DNA from: an uncultured delta proteobacterium
Lineage (GTDB): Bacteria > Myxococcota_A > Polyangia > Polyangiales > Polyangiaceae
Direction: 5' to 3'
Assembly (NCBI GenBank): GCA_963850305.1
Contig: CAWKKR010000002.1
Span: 1-64,000, forward strand
DNA length: 64,000 nucleotides
Shown: piece by piece, positions 1-10,748 of the stretch
How positions within the stretch are numbered: the first letter of the stretch is position 1
How the letters are laid out: every line of letters starts with the position of its first letter
Program-made: the position numbers and the translations under genes
Notes under the pieces: generated by a model
Databases searched by the model: none
The model's input: the letters and a program-made list of their open reading frames with translations, nothing else
Told to the model about the DNA's origin: nothing

Positions 1-980
1 CGCAGCGGGAGCCAGAAACGTCATAACGAGCGGCCGGGTCGGCGGCTCCGCGATGGGGCGACTGCATCGCCAACGTGTCGCCGTCCGAAAAGTCTCCGCC
101 GCGAACGGCCCGCCTGGACGTTTCCACGTGATTGGCGCAATTGACGCACGGAACCTGGGGATACGGATCCACGTACCAATCGAGCACCCATTCGAGGACA
201 TTTCCTGCGAGGTCGGACTGGCCGTATTTGCCGTCCCCCTTCGGCGATTCGGACCCGACCGCGTTCGTGCCACCCTGGACACAAGCGGTGATTGGATAGC
301 GTTCACCGCCGTAATTCGCGTAGGTGCAATCGACCATCTCGGCGCTCGGCGGGTCCGACCACGGGTAGACACGCTGTTCGCTCCCCCGCCGCTGCGGCGT
401 ACTCCCATTCGACCTCGGTCGGCAAACGTCCGCCGTCCCAAACACAAAATGCGAAGGCTTCGTACCACGTGATGCAGTTGATCGGCCGTGAGTCGCCGGC
501 TCCTGGTTGTTCCGTCCAGGTCTGCGTCTGAGCGTCGCACTGTATCGCGCTCGCGAGCGCGACTCTGTCGGCCGGCAGATCCGCGGTCCACGCCGCGTCC
601 CATCCGGGATCGGTCGGATCGTTCGGATTCTTCCCGCGGCCCGGCGCGATCATTCCCGGAGAGTACGCCGCTACGAAGTTCCAAATGTCCCCACGGTGAT
701 CTCGTAAGTGTCGAGCCGAAAGTCGCTCACGGTAGCAGGAAATTTCGGGTCGTTGGTGCGGTTGAAGGTGCCGCCCGGCACGACGGACGAACTGCAGCAG
801 TCAGTGTTCCCGTTCGGCCCGCACTGGGTGCTAGCCGCGGCAACTCCTTCCCGAACCGGCGCCGCTGTCTGTCGCGTCCCCGCTGGAGTCCCCTGCCGCG
901 CCGCCGCCGCACGCGGTGAACAACCAGCACGCCAAAGGTATCGCGAACCACAGACACTCGACTCGCCCCGTGGCTTTCAT
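1..980 (-). pseudogene. Formylglycine-generating-enzyme (SUMF1/FGE-sulfatase) domain lipoprotein, frameshifted, runs off the window start
   Basis: Motif RPINCITWYEAFAFCVWDGGRLPTEVEWEYAA in ORF 303-653. Upstream pieces (VPGGTFNRTND..FRLDTYEITVG) lie in other frames. Lipoprotein-like start at ATG 980. Confidence 0.75.
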
Positions 981-1448
981 GGTGCCCCCAAGAGTTGCCA
1001 TCCCGTTGCGTCAAAGTTAGCACGAGGCTTCGAACCCACCGGGACGTGGTGATGAAATCGGTTCCTTGTTCAACTCGGTGGCCCTCATGGAAAGGGCGCG
1101 GCTCCTTTGCAGCGGCGAGCGACGCGAGGGCGATCGTGAATGGAACCAAATCCGCGGATTCGCATCACCAGCTTCGCCTGGCACTCCGACGCGCGCATCG
1201 CGCGGGACTCTCGGCGTGCGCGTCGGAACCCCGCGTTGCACCGCCGCCGCGAAGCGAAAATATGTAACAGCTTCCAGTGCTTGGTCGTGCCCCCGGTGGT
1301 TCCGCTCAGATGGATCCACACGCTCGCGGAAATCGGAGCACGGTGGACTGAGTGCTGACACTCTGAGATACTCCTCGGGGGTCCTCGGGGCCTGCACGCA
1401 GTTTTAGGGACGCGCGAGTCCACTGACGCGCGTCTTGGAGGTACGGGG

Positions 1449-2712
1449 ATGTGCATTTCGCGACGACGACCTTGGGTTGAATGCGCCCTCTTGTCCAGCC
1501 TGCTTCTAGGGTGCAGTGGTCGCACCAGACGAGCGACGACGACCCAGCCGGCGAACGCGCGGGCGACGCCAGCACTGCGCCAGATGCGAGTCCGCCGCCC
1601 ATCACTCCAGGCCAATCCGTCGCGACGGCGCCTACATCAACAGCCACGCTCGGTGCTCCTTCTGCAGCGAAGCTGACAACGTGTGCGCCGGGCGGAGCGG
1701 TGGCGAATGCGGATGCTGACTGCAGGTCTGCACCGCTCGCTCAAACGACGACGTTCCCTCCGATGCAGTCGGTGGGACTGGGTCCCACAGCAACCGTTAC
1801 CGCCGCCGCGCTATCGGGAGGCACGCTCTACGCGGGGTTCGAATGGACCACGTGCGCTCACGCAGGCTGTTCGACGTCCGCTGGGGTCTACCGAACCGAC
1901 GGCAGCACCGGTTGGCAAACCGTGTTCCCGAACGACGGCCGCGTCATACTGGCCACGTCGAGTTCTTCCGCCCTCTGGGTGCGCACGACACCCCACCTCG
2001 TAGCGGCCGGCGAGCCCATTTACCAGGCGGTCGCGAATTCGTCCACCGCCGTAACCGCGTCGACGATTTCGACTGCGGGATACGCGACCGGGCTCGCACT
2101 CACGCCGACGTCCTTGTTCTCGATGACTTCCGCATCGGACTGGTCCTCGTCTGCACTGTACCGCGACGACATGGCCGCGAACGGCCATTGGGGCTCGTCC
2201 GCGCCCTTGCTCCTAATCCAAGGTCCCGCCGCTTCTCTCCGAACAAATGGCCAAGCGCTCGCGTGGGCCGAGGGTCTCGCCGGAGATACCATCGTGGTCG
2301 GCGACCTCACGGGAAATGGCCTCGATACGTCGTGCTGCTCCCTTCCGGTTCGGAGTACACGTCGCTGGAAATCGGGAGCAGCGCCGCCTTCGTAGCTTAT
2401 AATCAGGAGAGCCCCACAGCTGGAGCAATCTGTGCTCTCGATCTCCAGACGGGAGCGGCTGCCGTGACCCTCGCCCTAGGCCCGGGGATCCAAGTGTGCC
2501 ACATGGCCGTCAATTCGACGCGCCTGTTTTGGACCCAAGCGGCGGCAGAAGGTTCGCCGTGCACACAGGTCTGGAGCCAACCGTTGACCGGAGGAATGCC
2601 GAGCATCCTCGCGTGCAGCGCGGAAACCCTCGGGGATCTGCTCGTTGCAAACGACACCGCCGTATATTGGATCGACGACCAGGTTCGCCACATAGATCCG
2701 AGCACCTTGTGA
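1449..2712 (+). pseudogene. Secreted lipoprotein with repeat/propeller-like body, split over three frames
   Basis: Lipobox-like LLLGC in ORF 1449. The body continues in ORFs 1481 and 1843 (AVNSTRLFWT, VANDTAVYWID). Confidence 0.5.
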
Positions 2713-2781
2713 TCAGAGCGTGGAAAAGCAAGGCAGGGGCATCGTTGGGTTCGGCAGTTTGATGCCGAAAGTGAGGACCAC

Positions 2782-3255
2782 ATGGGCTATCGCATTTCTC
2801 TGAAAGTCGCCGTCATGGCGACCACGCCGTTACTGATGGCGCCGCTCTGCAGGTCGGTCTATCCGAACTGGCCCGTCAGCCCACCGGCGCCTTACAATGT
2901 CGACGCGAGTTTCAACGCGACGAAGTTTCGCACGAATGCTCAATATGTCGAAACGAACGTGATGGCTTCGACACATTCGAACGGTGTGGTCGCGCTCGGC
3001 CTTGCCGCCGACTGGGACAATGTCGAACCATGCGACAAATGCCCCGGTGGCAATTGCACGAATCCCCCCGTGAGCTGGCCGGTGGGTTGGCCGACTGCCA
3101 ACGACGTCTCGGGTCGGCACCTCGAGACGCTCGGCGCGGATTCGTACCGATGCAACTTCAATTTCGCGTATCTGGACGCGTACCTCGACACACACGTGGA
3201 TCCTTACGGGTCGCGCACCGCATACCGAAGTTTCGAAATTCAGCTCGCGCCGGAG
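2782..3255 (+). pseudogene. Hypothetical secreted protein, 3'-truncated by the 101-bp element
   Basis: GAGGA RBS, ATG and signal-like N-terminus. Plausible coding sequence stops exactly at the repeat junction (..EIQLAPE|IRSSKP). Confidence 0.55.
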
Positions 3256-3356
3256 ATCAGGTCCTCCAAACCCGTCCTGGCCGTCCCCCGCCGGTCCCCG
3301 CCGTCTCCGCGCCGGGCTTGAGCCGTCAACGCCGGGGATTTCCCGTATAATGTGAG
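3256..3356 (-). repeat. 101-bp element copy 1 (putative IS91/ISCR oriIS or mini-element)
   Basis: ATCAGGTCCTCCAAACCCGTCC...GGGGATTTCCCGTATAATGTGAG, identical to copies 2 and 3. Confidence 0.95.
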
Positions 3357-3421
3357 ACGGCGTCCCGGACGACACGTGCTCGGCGATTCGGTGGAAGCCG
3401 CGCTCAAGGACGGCGTGGACA

Positions 3422-4528
3422 TCATTCCGACCACTGCCCTGATCCGCCGCTGGGACGCGCCACGCCGCGTCGGGGATACCGAAGCCGGAGAGCGATTGCG
3501 CGGACGGATCGCGCTGCTCGAGAGGCTTGCGGCGTCGCCGAGCGCTCGATGAACCGACGACGCGCTGACGACGCGCCCTTAGGTTCGAGCCCCTGCACGT
3601 CTCGGTCGGACGTCGCCGCTTTGACCTCGTACCGAACGTGTAATGCCGTCGTATTCGACTCCGTCTCGAGAGCGAGCTCGACGCGGTGACCGTCTTTCCA
3701 CTTCCACTCGAGCCGATATTCCGCCTGCTTCGTGGAGATGCACTGGAGCACGCGACTCGCGCACGCCTCGGGCCGAGAGACGCGGCCTCCGAAGGCCGCG
3801 CCGTAGTGCTTCTCGAGGTCTCTTTTCACGTCGCCCCAGCGCGTCAGCACGACGTTGTCCGAGGCACCTGCGTCGAACGGCGCGACCACCTCGATCGCAC
3901 AGAGTTTGCCCTGGCAGAACTCGACGTCCGTCTCGCCGGCAAAGGACATATTGGGCGGGAGGCGATTGCAAGAGCCGTCTCCGTCTTCGTCGACGGCCCA
4001 GGCCCCTGCGATTCGGTCGCAGCGCTCTTTCGCGGCGGAGAACGAATCGTCGAAGCGGTAACCGAGCGCCCCGAGCGGCGCGGAATCCGTGCTGGCCGCG
4101 CCTATACGCCCGCCGCCGGCGGAGTAGACGATGCACACGCCGCGAAAGCCGTGCAGCGAACGAACGCCCATGGACCCGGTTCCGTTGGACGCAAAGCCGG
4201 TCCCCGTCACGGCGTCCGCGGCCGATACGACGACCCCGTCGCAACCTTGCAAGGCGGCGGCTCTTCGAAGCTCGTCCATGATCGCGGCCGAGTCATCGGA
4301 TGAAAGGAACTCTTGTCGTGCTTCGACGAAGCCGATCTCTTGGTACGCCCGCTGCGGAGGCCCCGTGAGGAACACGTCCACGTCCGCCGCCAGCCGCGGG
4401 GACCGGACTTGGGCGGTGGCATCCGTCTGCGTGTAGCTGACCGCGGTGCCGCATGCCGTGAGGGTGAGAGCGATCCCGCTCAGACACACGTTCACGTTCC
4501 GTCCAAAAAAGCTGCGCGACCGACCCAC
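3422..4528 (-). CDS. Hypothetical lipoprotein
   Basis: Lipobox LTAC, segment PPQRAYQEIGFVEAR..ELRRAAALQGCDGVVV and several paired Cys. Exact ends are uncertain. Confidence 0.6.
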   Translation of the reverse strand: MGRSRSFFGRNVNVCLSGIALTLTACGTAVSYTQTDATAQVRSPRLAADVDVFLTGPPQRAYQEIGFVEARQEFLSSDDSAAIMDELRRAAALQGCDGVVVSAADAVTGTGFASNGTGSMGVRSLHGFRGVCIVYSAGGGRIGAASTDSAPLGALGYRFDDSFSAAKERCDRIAGAWAVDEDGDGSCNRLPPNMSFAGETDVEFCQGKLCAIEVVAPFDAGASDNVVLTRWGDVKRDLEKHYGAAFGGRVSRPEACASRVLQCISTKQAEYRLEWKWKDGHRVELALETESNTTALHVRYEVKAATSDRDVQGLEPKGASSARRRFIERSATPQASRAARSVRAIALRLRYPRRGVARPSGGSGQWSE

Positions 4529-4771
4529 GTTTTCGGCCGAAGTTAGCCGATTGCACGAACCGCCACAATAGACGCCGAATCGTCACGAACGCGCCTAGGG
4601 GCGAGGCCGCGTCCATGGACCTACGACGTCAGGTGGCGCCGAGACCCCACAATCAAGCGGACTTGGCTTCGATTTCCGAGCGCCCGTTCGCCAGTTCGAT
4701 CACGTCGCGCAGGCGGTCGTAGGCCTTCCTGAGTTGGCCCGGGACGATGTGCATGAGCGCCACCGGTGGAG

Positions 4772-4872
4772 ATCAGGTCCTCCAAACCCGTCCTGGCCGT
4801 CCCCCGCCGGTCCCCGCCGTCTCCGCGCCGGGCTTGAGCCGTCAACGCCGGGGATTTCCCGTATAATGTGAG
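4772..4872 (-). repeat. 101-bp element copy 2
   Basis: Identical to copy 1. Confidence 0.95.
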
Positions 4873-5830
4873 GCTCGGACGTCGCGTTCGGCATCGTTCT
4901 TTCTCGTCCGTGGACCGTCGGTGAACTCGTGCGCGAGTACGGCGGCGTCGCCGACGACGGCATCGACGCGCGGGTCGTCGACCGACTCGTGTCGCCCGAG
5001 CACGCGACGTCGGAGCGCGATCTCGTCGTCGTCACTTCCACGCGCCGCACCGCCGACGCCACCGGCTTAAAGGCGTACTCCTCTGTCAACGCGACGTCGC
5101 AGCGCGCTGTCCGGACGGACGTCGCTGGGTCCACGATCACGCGACGTGGGTCGTCGCAAGCCTGCTCGAAGACGTCGCAGGCCCGCGCGCCGCTCCGTTC
5201 GTGCACGCGGCGGCCTTCGTCGACGAGGCCGCCGCGCTCGACCCGACCGCGACCGTCCTTCGCGGCGCGGTCGTGCATGCCGGCGCGCGCATCGGCGCTC
5301 ACACCGTCATCGGCGAAGGCGCGGTCGTCTACGGCCGCACGCGCATCGACGAACGCGTGACGGTCGGCCCACTCGCCGTGATCGGCCGTCCGGGATTTGG
5401 TTGGGCCGCGGGCCCTGACGGCGCGATCATCCGCGTCCCACAGCTGGGCGGCGTGATCATCGAAGCAGACGTCGAGGTAGGCGCGCTCGCGACCATCGAC
5501 GCCGGCACCCTCTCCCCGACCATCCTGCGCCGCGGCGTCAAACTCGACGCGCACGTGCACGTCGGCGCACAACGTCGAGATCGGCGAGCGCACGATCGTC
5601 GCGGCTCAGGCGGGTTTCGCGGGTTCGGCGCGCATCGGCGCGGGCGTCTCGGTCGGGCGGCCAAGCCGGCGTCACGGATCACGCGACCGTCGGCGCAGGC
5701 GCGCGCATCGCCGCGAAGAGCGGCGTGATCGGGGATGTCGCTCCGGGCACGGTCGTGGCAGGATACCCCGCGATCCGAGGATGGAATGGCTTCGAGCGTG
5801 GGCGAGGCTCCTCGGACAGAGAAAGCGCAC
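4873..5830 (+). pseudogene. lpxD: UDP-3-O-acylglucosamine N-acyltransferase, start lost at the repeat, several frameshifts
   Basis: Hexapeptide repeats and [43 protein letters not shown]. Followed by fabZ and lpxA. Confidence 0.85.
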
Positions 5831-6302
5831 GAAGACGCGAACTCCGAAGCGCCGCATCCAGATCGACATCGCGAAGATCCTGGCAGATCTTGCCGCACCG
5901 GTATCCGTTCGTGATGGTCGATCGCGTGACCGATCTCGTCGCCGGTGAAGAGCATCTCGCGGTCACAAGATGGTGAGCTACAACGAGCCTTGGTGCCAAG
6001 GGCACTTCCCGGGCGTCCGATCATGCCCGGCGTGCTCATCATCGAGTCGCTCGCGCAGATCGGCGGCATCCTCGCTTACGCGAGCGAGCCGTTCGACGCG
6101 ACGCAGAGCCTCATGTACTTTCTCGGCATCGACAAAGCGAAGTTCCGGCAGGCCCGTGATCCCCGGCGATCGCCTCGATCTGTTCGTCGAGGTCGTGCAC
6201 CACCGATCGAACGTGTGGAAGATGCGCGGCGAGGCGACGGTGGACGGCGCGCTGTGCGCGCAGGGCGAGCTCCTCGCGTCCATCGTCGATCGCGACGGCT
6301 GA
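5830..6302 (+). pseudogene. fabZ: 3-hydroxyacyl-ACP dehydratase, frameshifted
   Basis: [48 protein letters not shown] and PVIPGDRL spread over several frames. Confidence 0.9.
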
Positions 6303-6313
6303 GCGGGCGCGTC

Positions 6314-7090
6314 ATGACCGACCCGGTCAACCGTTCACTCGACGGCCGTCGTCGACCCGAGCGCGCGGCTCGCGAGCGGAGCGTGGTCCGCTGTCGTACG
6401 TCGGTCCCGGCGCGGTCATCGGTGAAGGGACGGAGCTCGTCGCGCAGGCCACGGTGCTCGGACCGTGCCGCGTCGGCAAGAACAACCGCGTTCCACCCGC
6501 ACGCGACCCTCGGCGCGCCGCCGCAAGACCGGTCTTGGTCGGGCGAGCCGACCGAGCTCGTCGTCGGCGACGACAATCAATTCCGCGAAGGCGTCACCGT
6601 CCATCGCGGCACCGTGAAGGGCGGCGGCGTGACGCGCATCGGCTCGCGCTGTCTCTTCATGGTCGGCGCCCACGTCGCGCACGACTGCACCGTCGAGGAT
6701 CGCGTGACCCTCGCGAACTACACGAGCCTCGGCGGCCACGTCCAGCGTCCGCGAGCGAGCCGTGCTCGGCGGGCACGTCGCGGTCGCGCCGTTCGTCGTC
6801 GTCGGAGAGCTCTCGTTCGCCGCCGGCGGCGCCATGATCGAACGCGACGTCCCGCCCTTCGTCACCGTCCAAGGCGATCGCGCGCGCGTCCGCGGCCTGA
6901 ACCGAGTGGGCCTGATGCGCGCCGACGTCCCCGAAGCGTCTCGCGAAGCGCTGGCGTAACCGCGTATCGAATGCTCTTCCGCTCCAAAGAGCCGATGGCG
7001 CTCGCGGTGCACGCCGTCGAGCTAGAACTGGGGCACGATCCGTACGTGAAGCGGCTGGTGGAGTTCGTCAGGGGGAGATCGAGCGCGTGA
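6314..7090 (+). pseudogene. lpxA: UDP-N-acetylglucosamine acyltransferase, frameshifted
   Basis: LGAPPQD..VGDDNQFREGVTVHRGT..GAHVAHDC..LANYTSLGGHV, then DVPPFVTVQG..GLNRVGL. Confidence 0.9.
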
Positions 7091-7131
7091 GTTGACGCCT
7101 CCGGGTAAGGTGGACGACGATTCGTCCGAGA

Positions 7132-9144
7132 GTGGAAGAGGAGCCGGTCGAGAGCGGTGGCGTTACGCAATATCCCAGGCGGCGCGTCCGGAATGCGATC
7201 GTCTTTGGTTGCGCGTCGTGGGCCGTCGCCATTGCGTTGTTCATCCCGTGGGGACGGGCGCTGCGCGGCCCCTTGGATCGGTTCGTATTACGAGCAGGCT
7301 TGCGGCTCACGTTCGACTCTTTCGAGCTCGGGTGGGGCGCGGTAACGCTCCACGGGGTTCGGTTCAGTTTGGCCGACACGAGCGGCATCGACGGCACCGC
7401 GCGGAGCGTCCACGTCACGTGGAAGCCGAGGCGCATCGACGCCACGGACGTCCGCGTCGGGTTCGTGGGCGCGCCCTTGGATGACGTCCTCGAACTGGCG
7501 AGATGGGCGCAGCAGCACCGCGCAGCGCTGTCGGTCCCCATTTTCGCGAACAACGGCGGCGCGCGTTCGACCCGGACGCTGGATTCGGATCGCCAAGTCA
7601 CGGTCACGGCTTCCGGATCGGCGTTCGTCCTCACGCAAGAGCCGAACTCGCCGGTCATTGCGTCGGGGAGCTTCGGCTCGAACGGCGTCGAGGTCCTCGT
7701 CGGCGATCCAGCGTCGCCGTCGTTTCGAATGGAGGTTCCCCGCACGTCTCGGAGCGTCGTCCTCACGGTCGCACCGACCCCCCTTCCCGAATTCGCGCGC
7801 GCCATCGGAGCGGACGCGACGTCCGAGAAGATCCTGATCAGCGGGCGCGCGACCCTGGAACCTCCCGTCAGCCTCGAGGCTCCGATCTCAGCTCGCGTCG
7901 AAGGTCGCGTCGAAGGCTGGACGCTTCGGCCACCGCTCGAGCTCGAAGGCCTCTCGTTCGGGCACGTCGCGACCTTTCGAACGGAGGTCGAAGCAACACG
8001 CGTCGCGTCGCAACTCACCCTCCGAAATGGCCGTGTCGACGTCGGTGACAGCCACTTCCACGTCGAGGGCACTCTAGGCAAACAACCGCGAGACAGTCGC
8101 CCCAGCGGTAACGGCCTTCGCGTGCTTGGTGCAATCTCGTGTCGCGTGATCGCAGACGCTGCGGCAACCGCTCCCGCCGGATCCGGGCTCATCACGGTTC
8201 TAAACGGAAGCCACGCCGAACGCCGAACGAGCGGCTGGATACCGGTTTTTACCGGTTTCTCGGGCGACGGCGCGCTCGACGCGTTGCGGCCTGGCGGGTG
8301 GCTCGTCGGATCGAATTGCGGGATCGTGCCGCTCGCGCTCCTTCGAGGCGAGGCGCGAGAGATCCTGGAAGCTCGGCTGGGTCGCCCTCCGAACAACTGG
8401 ATGAGCGTGTTCGGACGAGATTACCCAGGGTTCACGTTCTCGGACAACGTCGGTCCGGGTCCGAAGGTTCCGCCCGCGGAGCTCACTCCGAATCCGGTGA
8501 CCGCGGAGATCAGTCCGGCGGAGCGTCGCGGGTATGTCGGAGAGCTCGTCTCCTTCGACGTGGTGGTTCACGCCAATCCTGCCATGGTTCGGGGAGCGTG
8601 GACCGCTGCGTGCGCGGGCCCGGCGAGGTTCGCGTCATCGGCGGTCGCCGTTCCAGGCGAAGAACATCGTCACCTCGAAGCTCTCGTCGAACCATGGCGC
8701 CCCGCTCCTGACGGCGGCCTCCGCATTGCCCAGCCTTACTCCGGAACCCACTTCCCACCCGTCCTTCAGCACACGTTGCCAATCGTTCCTCTCGACTACG
8801 AAGAGCTCGCTCCGGTGTGGGTCGACCGCGGACGTGAAGAAGCGCTGCCCGAGCTCAGCGTCTCTCAGCGCGACGACGAGATGGTCGTCCGGTACCAACC
8901 GAGGATCACCGATGCTCGGTTTAGCAAGGTCCGTGCGATTCTCATCCGAAGCAACGGGACCAATCTGCTCTACGTCGGCGCCACCATCGTTGCCGTGTCG
9001 GAAGGCGGCTACCCGAAGGAGGCGGGTGCGGAGACGTGGGCCCTCGCGTTTCCGGCGTCAGTTTCTCGTCCCGTTCGAGTGCTCGTGTCGGAGCATCACG
9101 AGGATGCCTGTGAGTTTCGCACGGTCGAACTCACGGTTCGGTGA
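7132..9144 (+). CDS. Hypothetical membrane-anchored protein
   Basis: 670-aa ORF with an N-terminal TM helix and a beta-rich body. No recognisable family. Confidence 0.5.
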   Translation: MEEEPVESGGVTQYPRRRVRNAIVFGCASWAVAIALFIPWGRALRGPLDRFVLRAGLRLTFDSFELGWGAVTLHGVRFSLADTSGIDGTARSVHVTWKPRRIDATDVRVGFVGAPLDDVLELARWAQQHRAALSVPIFANNGGARSTRTLDSDRQVTVTASGSAFVLTQEPNSPVIASGSFGSNGVEVLVGDPASPSFRMEVPRTSRSVVLTVAPTPLPEFARAIGADATSEKILISGRATLEPPVSLEAPISARVEGRVEGWTLRPPLELEGLSFGHVATFRTEVEATRVASQLTLRNGRVDVGDSHFHVEGTLGKQPRDSRPSGNGLRVLGAISCRVIADAAATAPAGSGLITVLNGSHAERRTSGWIPVFTGFSGDGALDALRPGGWLVGSNCGIVPLALLRGEAREILEARLGRPPNNWMSVFGRDYPGFTFSDNVGPGPKVPPAELTPNPVTAEISPAERRGYVGELVSFDVVVHANPAMVRGAWTAACAGPARFASSAVAVPGEEHRHLEALVEPWRPAPDGGLRIAQPYSGTHFPPVLQHTLPIVPLDYEELAPVWVDRGREEALPELSVSQRDDEMVVRYQPRITDARFSKVRAILIRSNGTNLLYVGATIVAVSEGGYPKEAGAETWALAFPASVSRPVRVLVSEHHEDACEFRTVELTVR

Positions 9145-9187
9145 CCTCTGGCTCACTTACGCGAGCGCCGCGCCGCACCGGGCGGCC

Positions 9188-9375
9188 GAAAAATTCAGGA
9201 CGGAACGCCTAGTCCGGTTCGGCGCGCACGAAAAATCCAGGATGGACCTTCCCCCTGGGTTCGAATCGAACAAAAGTTTCAGGATCGGACCTTCCCCCCT
9301 GGGTTCGAATCGAACGAAAGTTTCAGGTTGAACCTCGCCCCCGGGTTCGAATCGAACAAAAGTTCAAGATGGAGG
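9188..9375. repeat. About 42-bp tandem repeat, about 4.5 units
   Basis: Units start at 9188, 9230, 9272, 9316 and 9358. Consensus AAAGTTTCAGGATGGACCTTCCCCCTGGGTTCGAATCGAAC. Confidence 0.85.
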
Positions 9376-9433
9376 GTAGACCCACGAAAACTAACCCACG
9401 CCTTTTCACTCACTTCACCTCGAACAAATGGGA

Positions 9434-9534
9434 ATCAGGTCCTCCAAACCCGTCCTGGCCGTCCCCCGCCGGTCCCCGCCGTCTCCGCGCCGGGCTTGAG
9501 CCGTCAACGCCGGGGATTTCCCGTATAATGTGAG
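9434..9534 (-). repeat. 101-bp element copy 3
   Basis: Identical to copies 1 and 2. It truncates a minus-strand ORF starting at 9601 (MTRLERLIRALGVDELARRLG). Confidence 0.95.
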
Positions 9535-10610
9535 AACGACCGAGCCGCCGCGCGAGCTCGTCGACGCCAAGGGCACGGATGAGCCGTTCGAGTCGCGTCA
9601 CGACGCACGCTCCGGCTGTGAACGCGCGATGCGTAGCGCAGTGATGATGTCAGCGGCGAGCGCGTCTTCGCCACGCGAGCGGCACAACGCCACTACGTCG
9701 CGGAGCTCGAGCCCGCCGACGTAGCGCGGCGAGATACCAGGCACGCGGACACGCGCGAGACCGAGCAAGAGGTCGGCCTCCACGATCGCGACGCCGTCCG
9801 CGTCACGACGGATCGGAACACGACCGTCCGAACACACGATCGCCAACGCGCTCTTGGCGCGCAGCTCGGCCGTGCTGCGGGTAGATCCTCGCTTCGACGT
9901 CGTGTGCAAACGACGACTCCTTCGCTTCGTCACGTCGGACCCCCTTTTTTCGGGGTCGACGCGCTCGCTCGGTCTATTTGCCCGAGGCCGTCACCAGGAC
10001 GACCACGGGGATGGTCAGGGGGGCGGGGCTCGACCGTGCGCGGTGCGCGCGACGGGAGCCCCGATGGTGGGCCGCCGTCGCCGTCGCCATCGGCGCCGCT
10101 GGACGGCGCGGAGGAGCGTCGTGCGACTCGTGCGACTCGTCGTGCTCGTCGGCTCGATCGTGAGCGCCGAGCGCCACGCAGGACGCGCGGCGTGGTCGCT
10201 GTGAGCCGGAGTCGCCGAGCGTCGCGCGACAGAGCGCCGCGAACGTTGCGAGCGAAGGCCAGGGCACGACGTGCCTGGACGGCTACGCGGCGAGCGCTGG
10301 CGACGTCCTGGAGGCACGTATCGGCGTCCTCGCCCGGGACGGGGAAACGCTCGTCGAGCCGCAACTCCGGCAGCTCGCGAGCGAGCGCGTCGGCGAGCAG
10401 AATCGCGTCCAGATCCGCGGGATCTGGCTCGATAACACCTGATATATCGGGTGTTGGCGGCGCGACGACGCTCGGTGTTTGACCGAGCGGGGGGGAATGC
10501 TGTACGTTTGAGCCGCCCCTGAAATGGGGAAGCGGTAGCGAGTCGTTTTCCATCGACTGGATCTCCTCGTCGGCCCAGCCACACCGCCCTCTTCGTCCGA
10601 CCAAGACCAA
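9535..10610 (-). mobile_element. Fragment of a satellite/prophage-like early operon (three small overlapping ORFs)
   Basis: ORFs 9930-10610, 9598-9933 and truncated 9535-9601 overlap by GTGA start/stop junctions. They are divergent from an XRE repressor and share a GADGDGDGxPP motif with ORF 22323-23027. Confidence 0.5.
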
Positions 10611-10695
10611 GGGCGGCGGTGGTGTATCCGCGATTTGGCGGGCGATGCGCCCGCGCGATGCGGGCAGACGCGCCCGCGGGAAGCAGGATTGATCG

Positions 10696-10723
10696 AACCC
10701 TGCGCGACTGTCCAGGGTTTTTT
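10696..10723 (+). terminator. Possible intrinsic terminator
   Basis: AACCCTG-N10-CAGGGTT followed by a T run. Confidence 0.35.
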
Positions 10724-10748
10724 ATGATCAGTGTGCTATCCTTGCCTC

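Noticed and set aside
1027..1048. Possible third tRNA-derived att (GGCTTCGAACCCACCGGGACG)
   Set aside because: Too divergent from the other two remnants to support.
3240..3375. Recurrent peptides HIIREIPGVDGSS.. / QVLQTRPGRPPP.. in several ORFs
   Set aside because: These are translations of the DNA repeat in different frames, not a protein domain.
5945..7090. FabZ-LpxA fusion protein suggested by ORF 5945-7090
   Set aside because: An artefact of compensating frameshifts; fabZ has its own stop (6302) and lpxA its own ATG (6314).
9255..9357. GGTTCGAATC motifs as tRNA genes
   Set aside because: No T-stem closure, acceptor stem or cloverleaf; they are part of the 42-bp repeat.
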